Part shown: in pieces, positions 1 to 8,632 of the stretch
Layout of the letters: the number at the start of each line of letters is the position of its first letter
Position numbering within the stretch: position 1 is the first letter of the stretch
IMG/VR virus record: IMGVR_UViG_3300027628_000012
Length of the DNA stretch: 64,000 nt
Strand: one strand, 5' to 3'
Source: a virus
Notes under the pieces: model-generated
Databases searched by the model: none
Seen by the model: the letters and a program-made list of their open reading frames with translations, nothing else
Told to the model about the DNA's origin: nothing
Translations under genes and position numbers: made by a program

Positions 1-2
1 TG

Positions 3-260
3 AAAAGAGTTGATTTACGGAAACAAAAATTAAAACCACTCTATCTAGAACTAAAAAAGTTTGGATACCAAACGACTTTGCTTCCACAACAAACGGAATT
101 TAAAAGATGGATCTTAGATGTAGAGAATAGTATGGGTGAAAAGGAAACAATCTATCTTAATGAGAGTGATCAGGGAAACTTTGTCTTAGTCCAATCAGAT
201 AAATGTGATTTCATTTGTGTGTTAGATGCTGTAGAAACTGGACTAATTGAATCAATCTAG
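3..260 (+). CDS. Hypothetical protein, 5'-truncated by the window edge
   Basis: The frame of ORF 78..260 is open back to position 3; no recognisable motif. Confidence 0.5.
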   Translation, partial: KRVDLRKQKLKPLYLELKKFGYQTTLLPQQTEFKRWILDVENSMGEKETIYLNESDQGNFVLVQSDKCDFICVLDAVETGLIESI

Positions 261-591
261 ACATAGAACACCACTTATTGAATTGATACTTAATTAAAGT
301 AAATTAATTAATAATATTGGATTGGTTAAGGAAAGCAACATGCAAGTACTTTTTAAATATGTTATAAGTAAAAAGAGAAACGAAGTGATGAAATGTAATG
401 TTACATTTCATTGTTCTCCCCCAGTGCAATAAGGAAAGAACCATATGCGATAATCAAACAATATATATTTGAAGACGCTGAAGTGATTTCTAGTTGCCAG
501 GAGGATTACCTTCGTTCTGTAGAGAGATGACATTCCCCTGCCATCTCTCTTTTTTTGTGTAAATTTATTACAGAAAGGAGATGAAGTCAAA

Positions 592-756
592 ATGAAGGCA
601 TTTAAAGAGTATTCAAAGCATCATTTATGGTATGCAAAATTAATTCAAAAGAGAAATATCAATTACAAATTAAATGATGAAAGGTATTACAAAATGAGAG
701 GAAAACTTCAAGAATGGTTAGATCACTCAATTCAAAAAGGAAAGGTTGAAAACTAA
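592..756 (+). CDS. Hypothetical protein (54 aa, basic)
   Basis: Translated by hand (MKAFKEYSKHHLWY...KGKVEN*); RBS GAAAGGAG upstream. Confidence 0.5.
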   Translation: MKAFKEYSKHHLWYAKLIQKRNINYKLNDERYYKMRGKLQEWLDHSIQKGKVEN

Positions 757-804
757 GTATCAAAGTATATACTTATATATTTTTATATTTTTATAAATAT
801 ATAC

Positions 805-833
805 TTGTTTATATTTGGGAGTCGTGTTATACT
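805..833 (+). promoter_or_regulatory. Host sigmaA-type promoter ahead of the membrane-protein cluster
   Basis: TTGTTT-N17-TATACT with TG extended -10 (825-826) and an almost pure A/T UP-like tract at about 763-804. Confidence 0.65.
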
Positions 834-944
834 AAAGTCAACAAGTTGAATGTGGGAATGTGGGAGTCACAAAATTTTTTAAACTAAATTTAATCTACTA
901 TGTTGTAAAGAGTTTAGATAAATCATTTAAAGGAGTCGATTAAA

Positions 945-1259
945 ATGATGAAAACAATTCAATCCGCTAAGATCACACATTTTTTACGAGGAATACTTTT
1001 CACTCTGTTTTCAGGAGCTATGCTTGTTCATATGTATCAGTTCTTGAAACCTAGAACATCAGGCGAACTGAATAATGAAATGCTAGTACTACCAATTATG
1101 TGTATTATCGTAGTTACGCTTCTTACAGTACTTTTTAAAGATTTAGAGAAAAAAAGATGGAAAAAGATGCTCTTTCATATGATTATCATCTTTATTACTT
1201 TAAATGGTGGCGTAGCGATCTTTAAAATGCTTTTTGGTGGACCTTTCGGTTTGTTATAA
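945..1259 (+). CDS. Small membrane protein (about 3 TM)
   Basis: RBS AAGGAG; three hydrophobic segments. Confidence 0.7.
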   Translation: MMKTIQSAKITHFLRGILFTLFSGAMLVHMYQFLKPRTSGELNNEMLVLPIMCIIVVTLLTVLFKDLEKKRWKKMLFHMIIIFITLNGGVAIFKMLFGGPFGLL

Positions 1260-1329
1260 GTGAAAGAAGGAATTTCCTTATCACTTTAAATTAAAAATAA
1301 TCTACTATGTTGTGAAAGGATGAAGAAAT

Positions 1330-1863
1330 ATGAATTTAACGTCTAGTCCCTCTCTTCCATTCCCTAATCCAATAAAATGGTATTTCGGTAAAGTAGCTCA
1401 CTTACATGATCGAATGGCAGATCTCGTAGGGGGCCATGAAATTTTCTCGATTGATTTTGTATTAACAATTGTATTAGCGATGAGCTATATGATTTCTCCA
1501 ATTCTAATCATTTGGATAGCAATAAAAGTGTTTAAGATGCTCGACAGTTATTTCGAAAAAGCAAGTAAAGAAACAAAAGAATGGATTGGAGGAGTAGTTG
1601 CTCATATCTCCATAGTAGGAATTACATGTTTCGCTTTCTTGGTGCACTTTTATTTCTTTCTTCCAACTCTTTTGTTAATTTATATAGTTACGATTGGTTT
1701 CGTCTTTAAAAATAAAGAGAAGAAAGATCGTATGTCACATTTAATATGTGAGCTAGGAGTATGCGTCCTTATAGTAGGGATGATTACGCTTCTTACCATG
1801 TCCCTCGGATCAGTAATTGTAGACTTAATAGCTGCATTATCAAATACAGCTGATAGATATTAA
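1330..1863 (+). CDS. Membrane protein (about 4 TM)
   Basis: RBS GAAAGGA; multiple hydrophobic segments. Confidence 0.7.
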   Translation: MNLTSSPSLPFPNPIKWYFGKVAHLHDRMADLVGGHEIFSIDFVLTIVLAMSYMISPILIIWIAIKVFKMLDSYFEKASKETKEWIGGVVAHISIVGITCFAFLVHFYFFLPTLLLIYIVTIGFVFKNKEKKDRMSHLICELGVCVLIVGMITLLTMSLGSVIVDLIAALSNTADRY

Positions 1864-1878
1864 AGGAGAGATCAAAAA

Positions 1879-2178
1879 ATGAAACTAGTTAAAATTCTTA
1901 TAGGTATGCTTTGTTTCTATGCAGCACTCGGGATTTTATTATATACAATCATTTTTCAACCAGAGATCATGCCATCGGTAATCAGCTGGATCATCACCTT
2001 ACTTAGTATCGGTATCTTCTTTAAAGTAGGATTTAAGAAATTTATCCTTTATGCAATATTGTTTTACTTGTTAAGTATTGTTCTTCATTTCAAGGAAGGT
2101 TCAGTTATTGAATTAACACAGAATATTAGCGAATATATCCATAATTCACTTAGAAGGCTATTTATAAGGGGGCTATGA
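1879..2178 (+). CDS. Small membrane protein
   Basis: RBS AAAGGAG; hydrophobic N-terminal two thirds. Confidence 0.7.
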   Translation: MKLVKILIGMLCFYAALGILLYTIIFQPEIMPSVISWIITLLSIGIFFKVGFKKFILYAILFYLLSIVLHFKEGSVIELTQNISEYIHNSLRRLFIRGL

Positions 2179-2179
2179 C

Positions 2180-2824
2180 ATGAACTTGGAGAAGAAGGAA
2201 AAGCCTAAAAGAAAGGTAAGTCGTACTGAAAAGGTTGCTAAGGTTTGTTTGCTTGTTGCTTTTGTTATCGGGATCTTTTATCTGCAACACCGCTTGGATG
2301 CAATAAACGAAAAAGAAGAAGAAAGACATAGGAAAGTAATCGAAGCTGCAGAAGCAAAAGAAGAAAAGGCAGCTCAGTTGAAAAAATTAGAAGAAAAACA
2401 AAAGGAGAAAAAAATACAAAAGAAGCGAGAAGAACTAGTCTCTAACTATCTAAAGCTTCCAGGAGAAAAATTTGAACTAGAGACTTATGATATTGATGAT
2501 AATAAAGGCAGTAAATACTATGTTGTCGCGGAGGGGAAAGGGTACACGGTTCGATTTAATAAAGATAGCTCTAAAATTGATAAGTTTGTTCAAGTACCTA
2601 TGGTAACTGATGAAGATGGGGACAGTGATAGTACGAGCGATAGCCCTTCAGTAGATGTCTATACAGATAGCTCAGGCATGCCGATTATCATACCACGAAG
2701 TTCATCTGGAAGTTCTAGCGGGATTAAAAGTAAAAGTTCAAGTGGCAGCTCCTATAAAAGTTCAAGCGGAGGATCAAGTAGAAGCTCATATAGAAGTTCA
2801 ACAAGAAGCTCCAGCAGAAGATAA
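2180..2824 (+). CDS. Single-TM protein with coiled coil and Ser/Gly/Arg-rich tail
   Basis: TM at about aa 20-36, charged coiled coil, low-complexity SSGSS...RSSSRR C-terminus. Confidence 0.7.
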   Translation: MNLEKKEKPKRKVSRTEKVAKVCLLVAFVIGIFYLQHRLDAINEKEEERHRKVIEAAEAKEEKAAQLKKLEEKQKEKKIQKKREELVSNYLKLPGEKFELETYDIDDNKGSKYYVVAEGKGYTVRFNKDSSKIDKFVQVPMVTDEDGDSDSTSDSPSVDVYTDSSGMPIIIPRSSSGSSSGIKSKSSSGSSYKSSSGGSSRSSYRSSTRSSSRR

Positions 2825-2854
2825 GTAAACTATTTTTCCAAATGGAGGATTAAC

Positions 2855-3097
2855 ATGAATAAAATAGCGGAATACCTTAGTATAGCAATTGTGACCGTAT
2901 CGATGATGACGTTCATTATTATCGGATTCAAATTCTTTTTCTTGAATATCGCTATCCTTTCACTTGCTGCTCTTTGTTACTGGTTGCCAAAAGTAGACGG
3001 AAAAGGCAAAGTAAAATTAACAGCAGCATGTTCCGCAGCCTTTACAGGTTTATGTGCGATACATTTCGGATTGCAGCATTTTCTAAGCTTACACTAA
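2855..3097 (+). CDS. Small membrane protein
   Basis: RBS GGAGG; hydrophobic helices. Confidence 0.7.
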   Translation: MNKIAEYLSIAIVTVSMMTFIIIGFKFFFLNIAILSLAALCYWLPKVDGKGKVKLTAACSAAFTGLCAIHFGLQHFLSLH

Positions 3098-3132
3098 AAG
3101 TAATCTACTATGTTGTATAAGGAGGGAACGAA

Positions 3133-3342
3133 ATGGCTTTGATGATATTAGGTTCTATAGCATTAATTCTAGGGCTTTCAGCTATTCTATTTGTTGCAGT
3201 ACTGGTAGCAAATATGGAACAAACATTTATAAAATACGCAGTAATCATGGTTTTACTTGGTGTAGTAGCTCTTTTAGCTGAACCATTCGCAAATTTTCTG
3301 GTTGTGTTTATTAACTTTATTACTGGAAGAACTCACATTTAA
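3133..3342 (+). CDS. Small membrane protein
   Basis: RBS AAGGAGGG; two hydrophobic helices. Confidence 0.7.
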   Translation: MALMILGSIALILGLSAILFVAVLVANMEQTFIKYAVIMVLLGVVALLAEPFANFLVVFINFITGRTHI

Positions 3343-3576
3343 AATTAGGAGGAATTAAAATGAGTTTAACGGGATTAGATTCTATACCAGTGATTCTATG
3401 GATTCTAGGTATGCTGTTTGTCGGAGCGCTGATATTGAGGATGGGAGCAACATTTATGAGCTACGTAATACCTGTGGTTTTATTCGTTGGATTAGTTATT
3501 ATAGCTGAGACTTACTTGTTATAGCAGCTCTTTTATAGGACGAAATTACATTTAAAATTAGGAGGAATTAAAATGA
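3335..3576 (+). repeat. 29-bp exact direct repeat ACATTTAAAATTAGGAGGAATTAAAATGA
   Basis: Copies at 3335-3363 and 3548-3576, each containing RBS plus ATG. Confidence 0.9.
3360..3524 (+). CDS. Small membrane protein (54 aa, below the ORF-track cut-off)
   Basis: RBS AGGAGG; MSLTGLDSIPVILWILGMLFVGALIL...YLL*. Confidence 0.65.
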   Translation: MSLTGLDSIPVILWILGMLFVGALILRMGATFMSYVIPVVLFVGLVIIAETYLL

Positions 3577-3776
3577 TTTGGTTTGTATCAGGAATTGCAG
3601 TATTAGCGATATGTATTTCATTTTTTAATGCATGGTTGAGTAAGGAACCTTTCTGGATGGCTTTTGGTGTTGGCGGTTTACTAAAACTTTTTGCGGTATT
3701 GATCCTATTATTATGTGTAGAACCAATAGCGGATTTTATTCTTAAGTTTTACACGAGTATGTTCCCAAACCTTTGA
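3573..3776 (+). CDS. Small membrane protein
   Basis: RBS AGGAGG; hydrophobic. Confidence 0.7.
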   Translation: MIWFVSGIAVLAICISFFNAWLSKEPFWMAFGVGGLLKLFAVLILLLCVEPIADFILKFYTSMFPNL

Positions 3777-3808
3777 TTTACTATGCTGTGGAAGGGTGAT
3801 TCGTGATT

Positions 3809-3982
3809 ATGGTGAGAGATGTCATCTTAATAGTTATGGCGCTTATGACTCTATGTATATTAGGTAATATACAAATAACAAGATACACAAAATCCAATGT
3901 TATTGCCTTTATTGTTATGTACGTGATAGCAACTACAACGTTAATTATAAAAACTATATCGTTAGTTTTCGATGCTTTATAA
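3809..3982 (+). CDS. Small membrane protein (57 aa)
   Basis: Translated by hand (MVRDVILIVMALMTLCILG...VFDAL*); RBS GAAGGGTG. Confidence 0.6.
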   Translation: MVRDVILIVMALMTLCILGNIQITRYTKSNVIAFIVMYVIATTTLIIKTISLVFDAL

Positions 3983-4014
3983 TAATCTACTATGATAAAT
4001 TTGGAGGTTTTAAA

Positions 4015-4206
4015 ATGCGCGATCAGCTTTTTCCTTTCTTCTTCACCTATATGGGACTCTTGGCAATTGTCATGTTAGTTTTATATACCGTTAAGTTTCT
4101 AGTATGGAAAACGCCATTAAGTCGGCATACGAAAATTATTATTATGACGGCTCTAGCAGTCTCGTTATTTACAGCCTTACAGGCATCGATGGGTTTAATA
4201 AGATAA
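4015..4206 (+). CDS. Small membrane protein
   Basis: RBS GGAGG; two TM-like helices. Confidence 0.7.
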   Translation: MRDQLFPFFFTYMGLLAIVMLVLYTVKFLVWKTPLSRHTKIIIMTALAVSLFTALQASMGLIR

Positions 4207-4233
4207 GTCTTTAAATTATGGAGGGTGATAACC

Positions 4234-4491
4234 GTGGAGAGATTCAGTTCCTTTTGCTTGGCAGCGGTGGCTCTAGCCACCTTCTTTACAGCACTGTACT
4301 TCACAGTTCATCAGCAAGGATTCTTCTTAGGTCTTATTATAGTAGCTTGGGTGATTACTACACTTATCCATTTCTTTCAAGACGGTGCAGGAGAAAGAGC
4401 AGTAGCAAAGACGATTATATATTTGATTATATTTGCAAGTCTATATGGATTTCATGAAGGATTACAGGCTTTTATTACATGGACGGGGTGA
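4234..4491 (+). CDS. Small membrane protein (about 3 TM)
   Basis: GTG start 8 nt after GGAGGG (the track starts at 4225). Confidence 0.65.
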   Translation: MERFSSFCLAAVALATFFTALYFTVHQQGFFLGLIIVAWVITTLIHFFQDGAGERAVAKTIIYLIIFASLYGFHEGLQAFITWTG

Positions 4492-4496
4492 TAAAA

Positions 4497-4841
4497 ATGA
4501 ATTTATTACAAAGACCATTGAAAAATATAACGACACTGGATATTGGCATGATTGTATGGTGTGGTGGTTGGATGTTTCTACTATTAGCTTGGGCTGCACC
4601 TTCCGGATTGGTTGGAATGTTTACCGGAACAAGTATTGATCCATTCCAGTTGCTCTTTTCTTTTGAGTTTCTTGAGGTAACTCCTGAAGAATTAGAAAGC
4701 TTAACACTAGCTCAAATAGCAATGCGCGATAACCTTTATACGATTTTAAATATAGGAAAAGTTGTAATGTGGATCTTATTATCCGTGTTGGCTCTTGGTT
4801 TCCTCTTTAAGCAACCGAAAGGAGAGAGTGACAATGAGTAG
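4497..4841 (+). CDS. Membrane protein
   Basis: ATG 4497 after GGGGTG; hydrophobic segments at both ends. Confidence 0.65.
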   Translation: MNLLQRPLKNITTLDIGMIVWCGGWMFLLLAWAAPSGLVGMFTGTSIDPFQLLFSFEFLEVTPEELESLTLAQIAMRDNLYTILNIGKVVMWILLSVLALGFLFKQPKGESDNE

Positions 4842-5010
4842 CAAATTAAAGAAGGTAGTAATCAATGAAATTGGCCCTTGGATTACAATGACAGGTTGTA
4901 TATTATCCGCTATTCATGCATCTCCAATACCTGCATTTATCAGCATATTTCTTTCTATAGTTGTCGATGGTATTATTCGTCTATCCAAAAGCGAGGTAAA
5001 GGAGGGTTAG
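4834..5010 (+). CDS. Small membrane protein
   Basis: ATG 4834 after AAAGGAG; overlaps the previous stop. Confidence 0.6.
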   Translation: MSSKLKKVVINEIGPWITMTGCILSAIHASPIPAFISIFLSIVVDGIIRLSKSEVKEG

Positions 5011-5015
5011 ATAAT

Positions 5016-5207
5016 ATGCACAATTTTTTAAACTGGTACGTGTTTGGTTGTGATTATATGGAAAAAGCCAAGAACGGTGATGGACAAGAAATTATCTTTC
5101 TTTTTATGCTCTTCCTGATGGCCCTGGTGTACATTATCTGGCTCATAGAATCTATTATAGAAACTTCTAAAAAGGTTCTTAGTAAATTCTCTAGAAAAAA
5201 GGAGTGA
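5016..5207 (+). CDS. Small single-TM protein, probable paralog of 5214..5417
   Basis: RBS AAAGGAGG; NGDGQEII + TM + SKKVLSKFSRKK resembles NYDGAESV + TM + LKKIFGIFSKKK in the next gene. Confidence 0.65.
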   Translation: MHNFLNWYVFGCDYMEKAKNGDGQEIIFLFMLFLMALVYIIWLIESIIETSKKVLSKFSRKKE

Positions 5208-5213
5208 GATAGA

Positions 5214-5417
5214 ATGAGTGATACCTTAATCTGGGTTATGCGTGCTGGTGAAGATCTAGCTGAGCTTAAGCGATCTGGGAATTATGACGGTGCAGAAAGT
5301 GTGGCTCTTATTGTGATTTTCTCGATATTGATTGTGTACGTGATTAGCATCTTGCAATTCATCATAAAAATTCTAAAGAAGATTTTCGGTATATTCTCTA
5401 AGAAGAAGGTGAGATAA
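5214..5417 (+). CDS. Small single-TM protein, probable paralog of 5016..5207
   Basis: RBS AAGGAG; same architecture as the upstream gene. Confidence 0.65.
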   Translation: MSDTLIWVMRAGEDLAELKRSGNYDGAESVALIVIFSILIVYVISILQFIIKILKKIFGIFSKKKVR

Positions 5418-5421
5418 CAAT

Positions 5422-5613
5422 ATGAAAATGCTACGTAAAGAGGAGATCAGCAACGGATTTCTTATGGTTATGATTATAGTGCTTCAATGGTTCACATTAG
5501 GGTTATTCAAATTAGGTCTACCGCTTCCAGTAAGCTTAGTAGTTGCGGTACTTGGTACTGAAGCATTTGCTTATTTGTTAGTAAGAAGAAAGGAGAGAAT
5601 AAAGCATGAGTAG
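5422..5613 (+). CDS. Small membrane protein
   Basis: RBS AAGGTG; two hydrophobic helices. Confidence 0.65.
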   Translation: MKMLRKEEISNGFLMVMIIVLQWFTLGLFKLGLPLPVSLVVAVLGTEAFAYLLVRRKERIKHE

Positions 5614-5749
5614 AATTAGTCGAAAAAGGAGCGAGGAGTTCATAAGAAGGATGAAAAGACAGCAAGAAATATCTGAATATATTGATTCTTGGATAGTCTA
5701 CCTTTTTATTGGGTGCTTTATTGGCCTTATTAGCTTTTGGTATCTCTAG
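5606..5749 (+). CDS. Small tail-anchored membrane protein (47 aa)
   Basis: RBS AAAGGAG; basic N-terminus and C-terminal TM (WIVYLFIGCFIGLISFWYL*). Confidence 0.55.
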   Translation: MSRISRKRSEEFIRRMKRQQEISEYIDSWIVYLFIGCFIGLISFWYL

Positions 5750-5775
5750 AATTTAATATAAGGGAGAATGACACA

Positions 5776-6111
5776 ATGGATGAAAACCAATTAACAACGT
5801 ACTATATCGTACTGCTCGGAAGTATGTTCTATGCTGGTGGACTAGCTAGAAAGAAACCGGTAGATTTAGAAGATGAAGTGTTTAGTCATGAGTATGTAAG
5901 TCATGAAGAATTAGCCTTTCCCATTTTGAGCAAAGAAGCAGCGGATCGGATTGCTGCACAATGTGGTGGAGTAGTCGTACCTAAAGAAGCAACGATGGAT
6001 GAACTTATTCAGATAGGGGATCTTAATGAGCGTTTTACGCAAAGTGAACTAGAATGGGAGAAAGAACAACTAAAACAATTCTTGGGCATCACGCCCAGGG
6101 AGAATAAATGA
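5776..6111 (+). CDS. Hypothetical protein
   Basis: ATG 5776 after AAGGGAG; followed by a terminator. Confidence 0.65.
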   Translation: MDENQLTTYYIVLLGSMFYAGGLARKKPVDLEDEVFSHEYVSHEELAFPILSKEAADRIAAQCGGVVVPKEATMDELIQIGDLNERFTQSELEWEKEQLKQFLGITPRENK

Positions 6112-6121
6112 AGACGCAAAA

Positions 6122-6154
6122 AAGAGATCCCCTTTGCCATAGGATCTCTTTTTT
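6122..6154 (+). terminator. Rho-independent terminator
   Basis: AAGAGATCC/GGATCTCTT stem plus T-run. Confidence 0.8.
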
Positions 6155-6486
6155 GTTTGAATTGATTAAGGAATATGTTAATTATACCTAACAAATGAGC
6201 AAAAGAGAACCCAAATACCTTATTTTTGTGTTATAAGAAAAGTAGAGAAAACGAACGTGTTTTCTTTTTTATATCGATGTTATTTGGTATCGTGGAAAAT
6301 GTAGAAGAAATTAGAAGTCCAGTAATAGGGCGTTTAATTATATTGCTAATCGGGTAAGTATATGTGCTGTGTGTTGGAGAGCCAAAGATGTATTGAATAT
6401 ATAGCTTTCTTATTGAACTGTATTGAAGACGAATTAGGAGATTAATAAATATATAGCTTACGTTTAGTTTATATTTAATCTGCAGA

Positions 6487-6831
6487 ATGAAGGAAGGGAT
6501 TAATGTGGGAAAGACTGTTAGGATAGCACAAAAAGAGAATGTCAAAAACAGTCAAGTTAATTGGCATATTACTGGAGAAGGTTGTTACGGGGTTGAGCTG
6601 TTAATTCAAGTAGAGGGCCTACCAAATAAAAGTGTAAGAAAATGGGATTTCGGTTCTACACCAATGGATGAAGCAATTTCGTTTTATTGGTATAGACAAA
6701 CGTTGAAAATGCTCAAACATTATTATCAAGATCCAGAGCAAACAGACATTATACGTATCGTTACTAAAACGCAAACGAATGATATTTCTAAAATGTGCAA
6801 AGAGGCCGTTAAAACCTGTTTCGCCATTTAA
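6487..6831 (+). CDS. Hypothetical protein
   Basis: ORF followed by a terminator at 6845-6882; the true start may be the GTG of VGKTV. Confidence 0.6.
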   Translation: MKEGINVGKTVRIAQKENVKNSQVNWHITGEGCYGVELLIQVEGLPNKSVRKWDFGSTPMDEAISFYWYRQTLKMLKHYYQDPEQTDIIRIVTKTQTNDISKMCKEAVKTCFAI

Positions 6832-6844
6832 TAAAAGTAAACCT

Positions 6845-6882
6845 AAGACACATGTTCTTTTATAGAGCATGTGTCTTTTTTT
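6845..6882 (+). terminator. Rho-independent terminator
   Basis: AAGACACATG/CATGTGTCTT stem plus T-run. Confidence 0.8.
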
Positions 6883-6906
6883 ATATAAAAAACAACTAAA
6901 AGGAGA

Positions 6907-7899
6907 TTGATTAAAATGGCAATTAGAAAAGAAGATTTACCAAAGGATACAGTTGAACTATTTAAAAAATGGGAAGCAATAGGTACAAAATTTAAGGTAC
7001 AAGCAGATAACCAAGAACCTAACCTCGAAAAGGTACCATCTACTACACTTGGCGAGCAAATAAGACTATCACAAGAAAAAATGGAGCAACTAGATCCTAA
7101 AACGAAAAGAGAAGTATTAGATGCCGCAAAACAAAAAGCACCACTTTATCGTATTGAAATGTATAGTCCAGAGGAGCTTATGAGTTCGATGAAAACAATG
7201 GGAGAGTGGGCACTAGCAAACGGAGGAGCACCACAAAGTCATAAAGAGGCGTTGAAAAAGAGAGGCTGGTTGTTCCCTTATTTAATGGGTTATGACCAAT
7301 TAACAACAGGTAGATGGAATTACTGGATCGATATACTTGAGAAAAATACACTTGAAGGAAGCGGTCCTATTCCACAAATTGAATGGAGTCATGATCGTAA
7401 TTCTATTCATCAAGTAAGAAAGATGCTATTTAATTGTATTGATGGTGTATGGCATGAAGGCGTAGGACCTAACGAATTTGCTGACTGGCTATTATGGGGA
7501 CTTGGAGCAGCTGAGGAACCACCGAAAATTTCAGATAAGGTAAGCGAACATTGGTATAGAACTTTTGATTTAGCCTTAGTACTCTTACACCCAACTGATT
7601 ATTTGTCAGGGTTGCTAGAAGACTTATCTTCGAAAGGTCACAAACAAGCACTAGGATATTTTTCTACACCAATGGACGTAACAACTATGATGGCTGAGAT
7701 GATAGCGGGTGATCGAGAAGAGATGAAAACACAAACGGTTAATGAACCTTGTGTTGGTTGTGGAGCCATGTTATTACCAATGTCTAACTATACTCTTTTT
7801 GGATGTGGGCAAGATATTAATCCAGTTGCGGTTAAATTCTGTATCGTTCAAATGTATTGGTATGCCCCGTGGTATGCTAAGAATCCTTTCAATAAATAA
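6907..7899 (+). CDS. Protein with a C-terminal partial N6-adenine MTase (HsdM-like) SAM-binding region
   Basis: GYFSTPMDV (motif X-like GQFFTP), TVNEPCVGCGAML (motif I-like DPACGSG), GQDIN (motif II-like); the protein ends before any NPPF/Y motif IV. Confidence 0.6.
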   Translation: MIKMAIRKEDLPKDTVELFKKWEAIGTKFKVQADNQEPNLEKVPSTTLGEQIRLSQEKMEQLDPKTKREVLDAAKQKAPLYRIEMYSPEELMSSMKTMGEWALANGGAPQSHKEALKKRGWLFPYLMGYDQLTTGRWNYWIDILEKNTLEGSGPIPQIEWSHDRNSIHQVRKMLFNCIDGVWHEGVGPNEFADWLLWGLGAAEEPPKISDKVSEHWYRTFDLALVLLHPTDYLSGLLEDLSSKGHKQALGYFSTPMDVTTMMAEMIAGDREEMKTQTVNEPCVGCGAMLLPMSNYTLFGCGQDINPVAVKFCIVQMYWYAPWYAKNPFNK

Positions 7900-7950
7900 G
7901 CTATACTATAAAGGACAAGAGATTGATATTTACAGAGAGGATGAGTTAAC

Positions 7951-8136
7951 GTGATGAATCAACAACTTACTGAGGAACTAAAAACATTACTAGATATGTA
8001 TAGCAATGGTGAACTAGAAAGTGATAAGTTACGGAAACTCCAAAACTTACTTTTTGTTGCTGGAGAAAGCATTGGCTTAGAAATCGATCAAGAGAAGAAA
8101 AACAAACAAAAGGAAGTTGAATATGCAACCACATAA
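7951..8136 (+). CDS. Hypothetical protein
   Basis: RBS GAGAGG; overlaps the next ORF. Confidence 0.55.
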   Translation: MMNQQLTEELKTLLDMYSNGELESDKLRKLQNLLFVAGESIGLEIDQEKKNKQKEVEYATT

Positions 8137-8632
8137 AGAACCTTCGATTACAGCAAAGGTAGGGTGGGTATTTGTCTGTATGTTTCTTGCTTTTATAGCA
8201 GTTGGTCTGTTTACTGAGATTGAAAACGATAGAAACCATACTAAGGAAGAAAAGGCAACCCAGACACACGATAAGCAGCATGTGAAGAATAATGCTGCTT
8301 ACGTAGTTTGGTTTCAAGAGAATAACGAGTTATTTCACAAGAGGTTAGAAGAATTAGAAGCAGCAGGTAAAAAAGGTAATCCTCCTGCTGAGGAACGAGA
8401 CGCTTTACGAGATGTAATGTCGGAGGCTATTACACATAAGGTTTCGGATAACTCGGATTTTTATTACATTCATCAAGATTATATAAAGGCCTTTAAGAAA
8501 ATCAATGATGCTTTTCTTTATGCAACTTGGCAAAAGGAGTATAAAGAGAAGATGAGAGAAGGAAAGCAAATGGAAGTCGAAGCAGTTGAAGAGTTTATTC
8601 ATCGAAAGGAGTCCATTCGTGAAGACTATTAA
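8117..8632 (+). CDS. Single-TM protein with a soluble helical domain
   Basis: TM VGWVFVCMFLAFIAVGLF; RBS AAGGAAG. Confidence 0.65.
   Translation: MNMQPHKEPSITAKVGWVFVCMFLAFIAVGLFTEIENDRNHTKEEKATQTHDKQHVKNNAAYVVWFQENNELFHKRLEELEAAGKKGNPPAEERDALRDVMSEAITHKVSDNSDFYYIHQDYIKAFKKINDAFLYATWQKEYKEKMREGKQMEVEAVEEFIHRKESIREDY

Larger units (their letters stand above)
891..3998 (+). promoter_or_regulatory. Repeated motif TAATCTACTATGTTGT (candidate phage promoter or operator, class A)
   Basis: Exact copies at 891-906, 1298-1313 and 3101-3116; variants at 3774-3789 and 3983-3998. Each is intergenic or at a gene junction just upstream of an RBS. Confidence 0.7.

Noticed and set aside
763-804. A/T-only tract as a possible origin or genome end
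   Set aside because: Position directly upstream of a -35 fits an UP element; no iterons or DnaA boxes seen.
851-867. Tandem TGTGGGA repeat after the early promoter
   Set aside because: Only two copies and not seen elsewhere; cannot be supported as an operator.
2690-2824. Ser/Gly/Arg low-complexity repeats (AGTTCA/AGCTC units)
   Set aside because: Ordinary low-complexity protein tail; not an independent repeat element.
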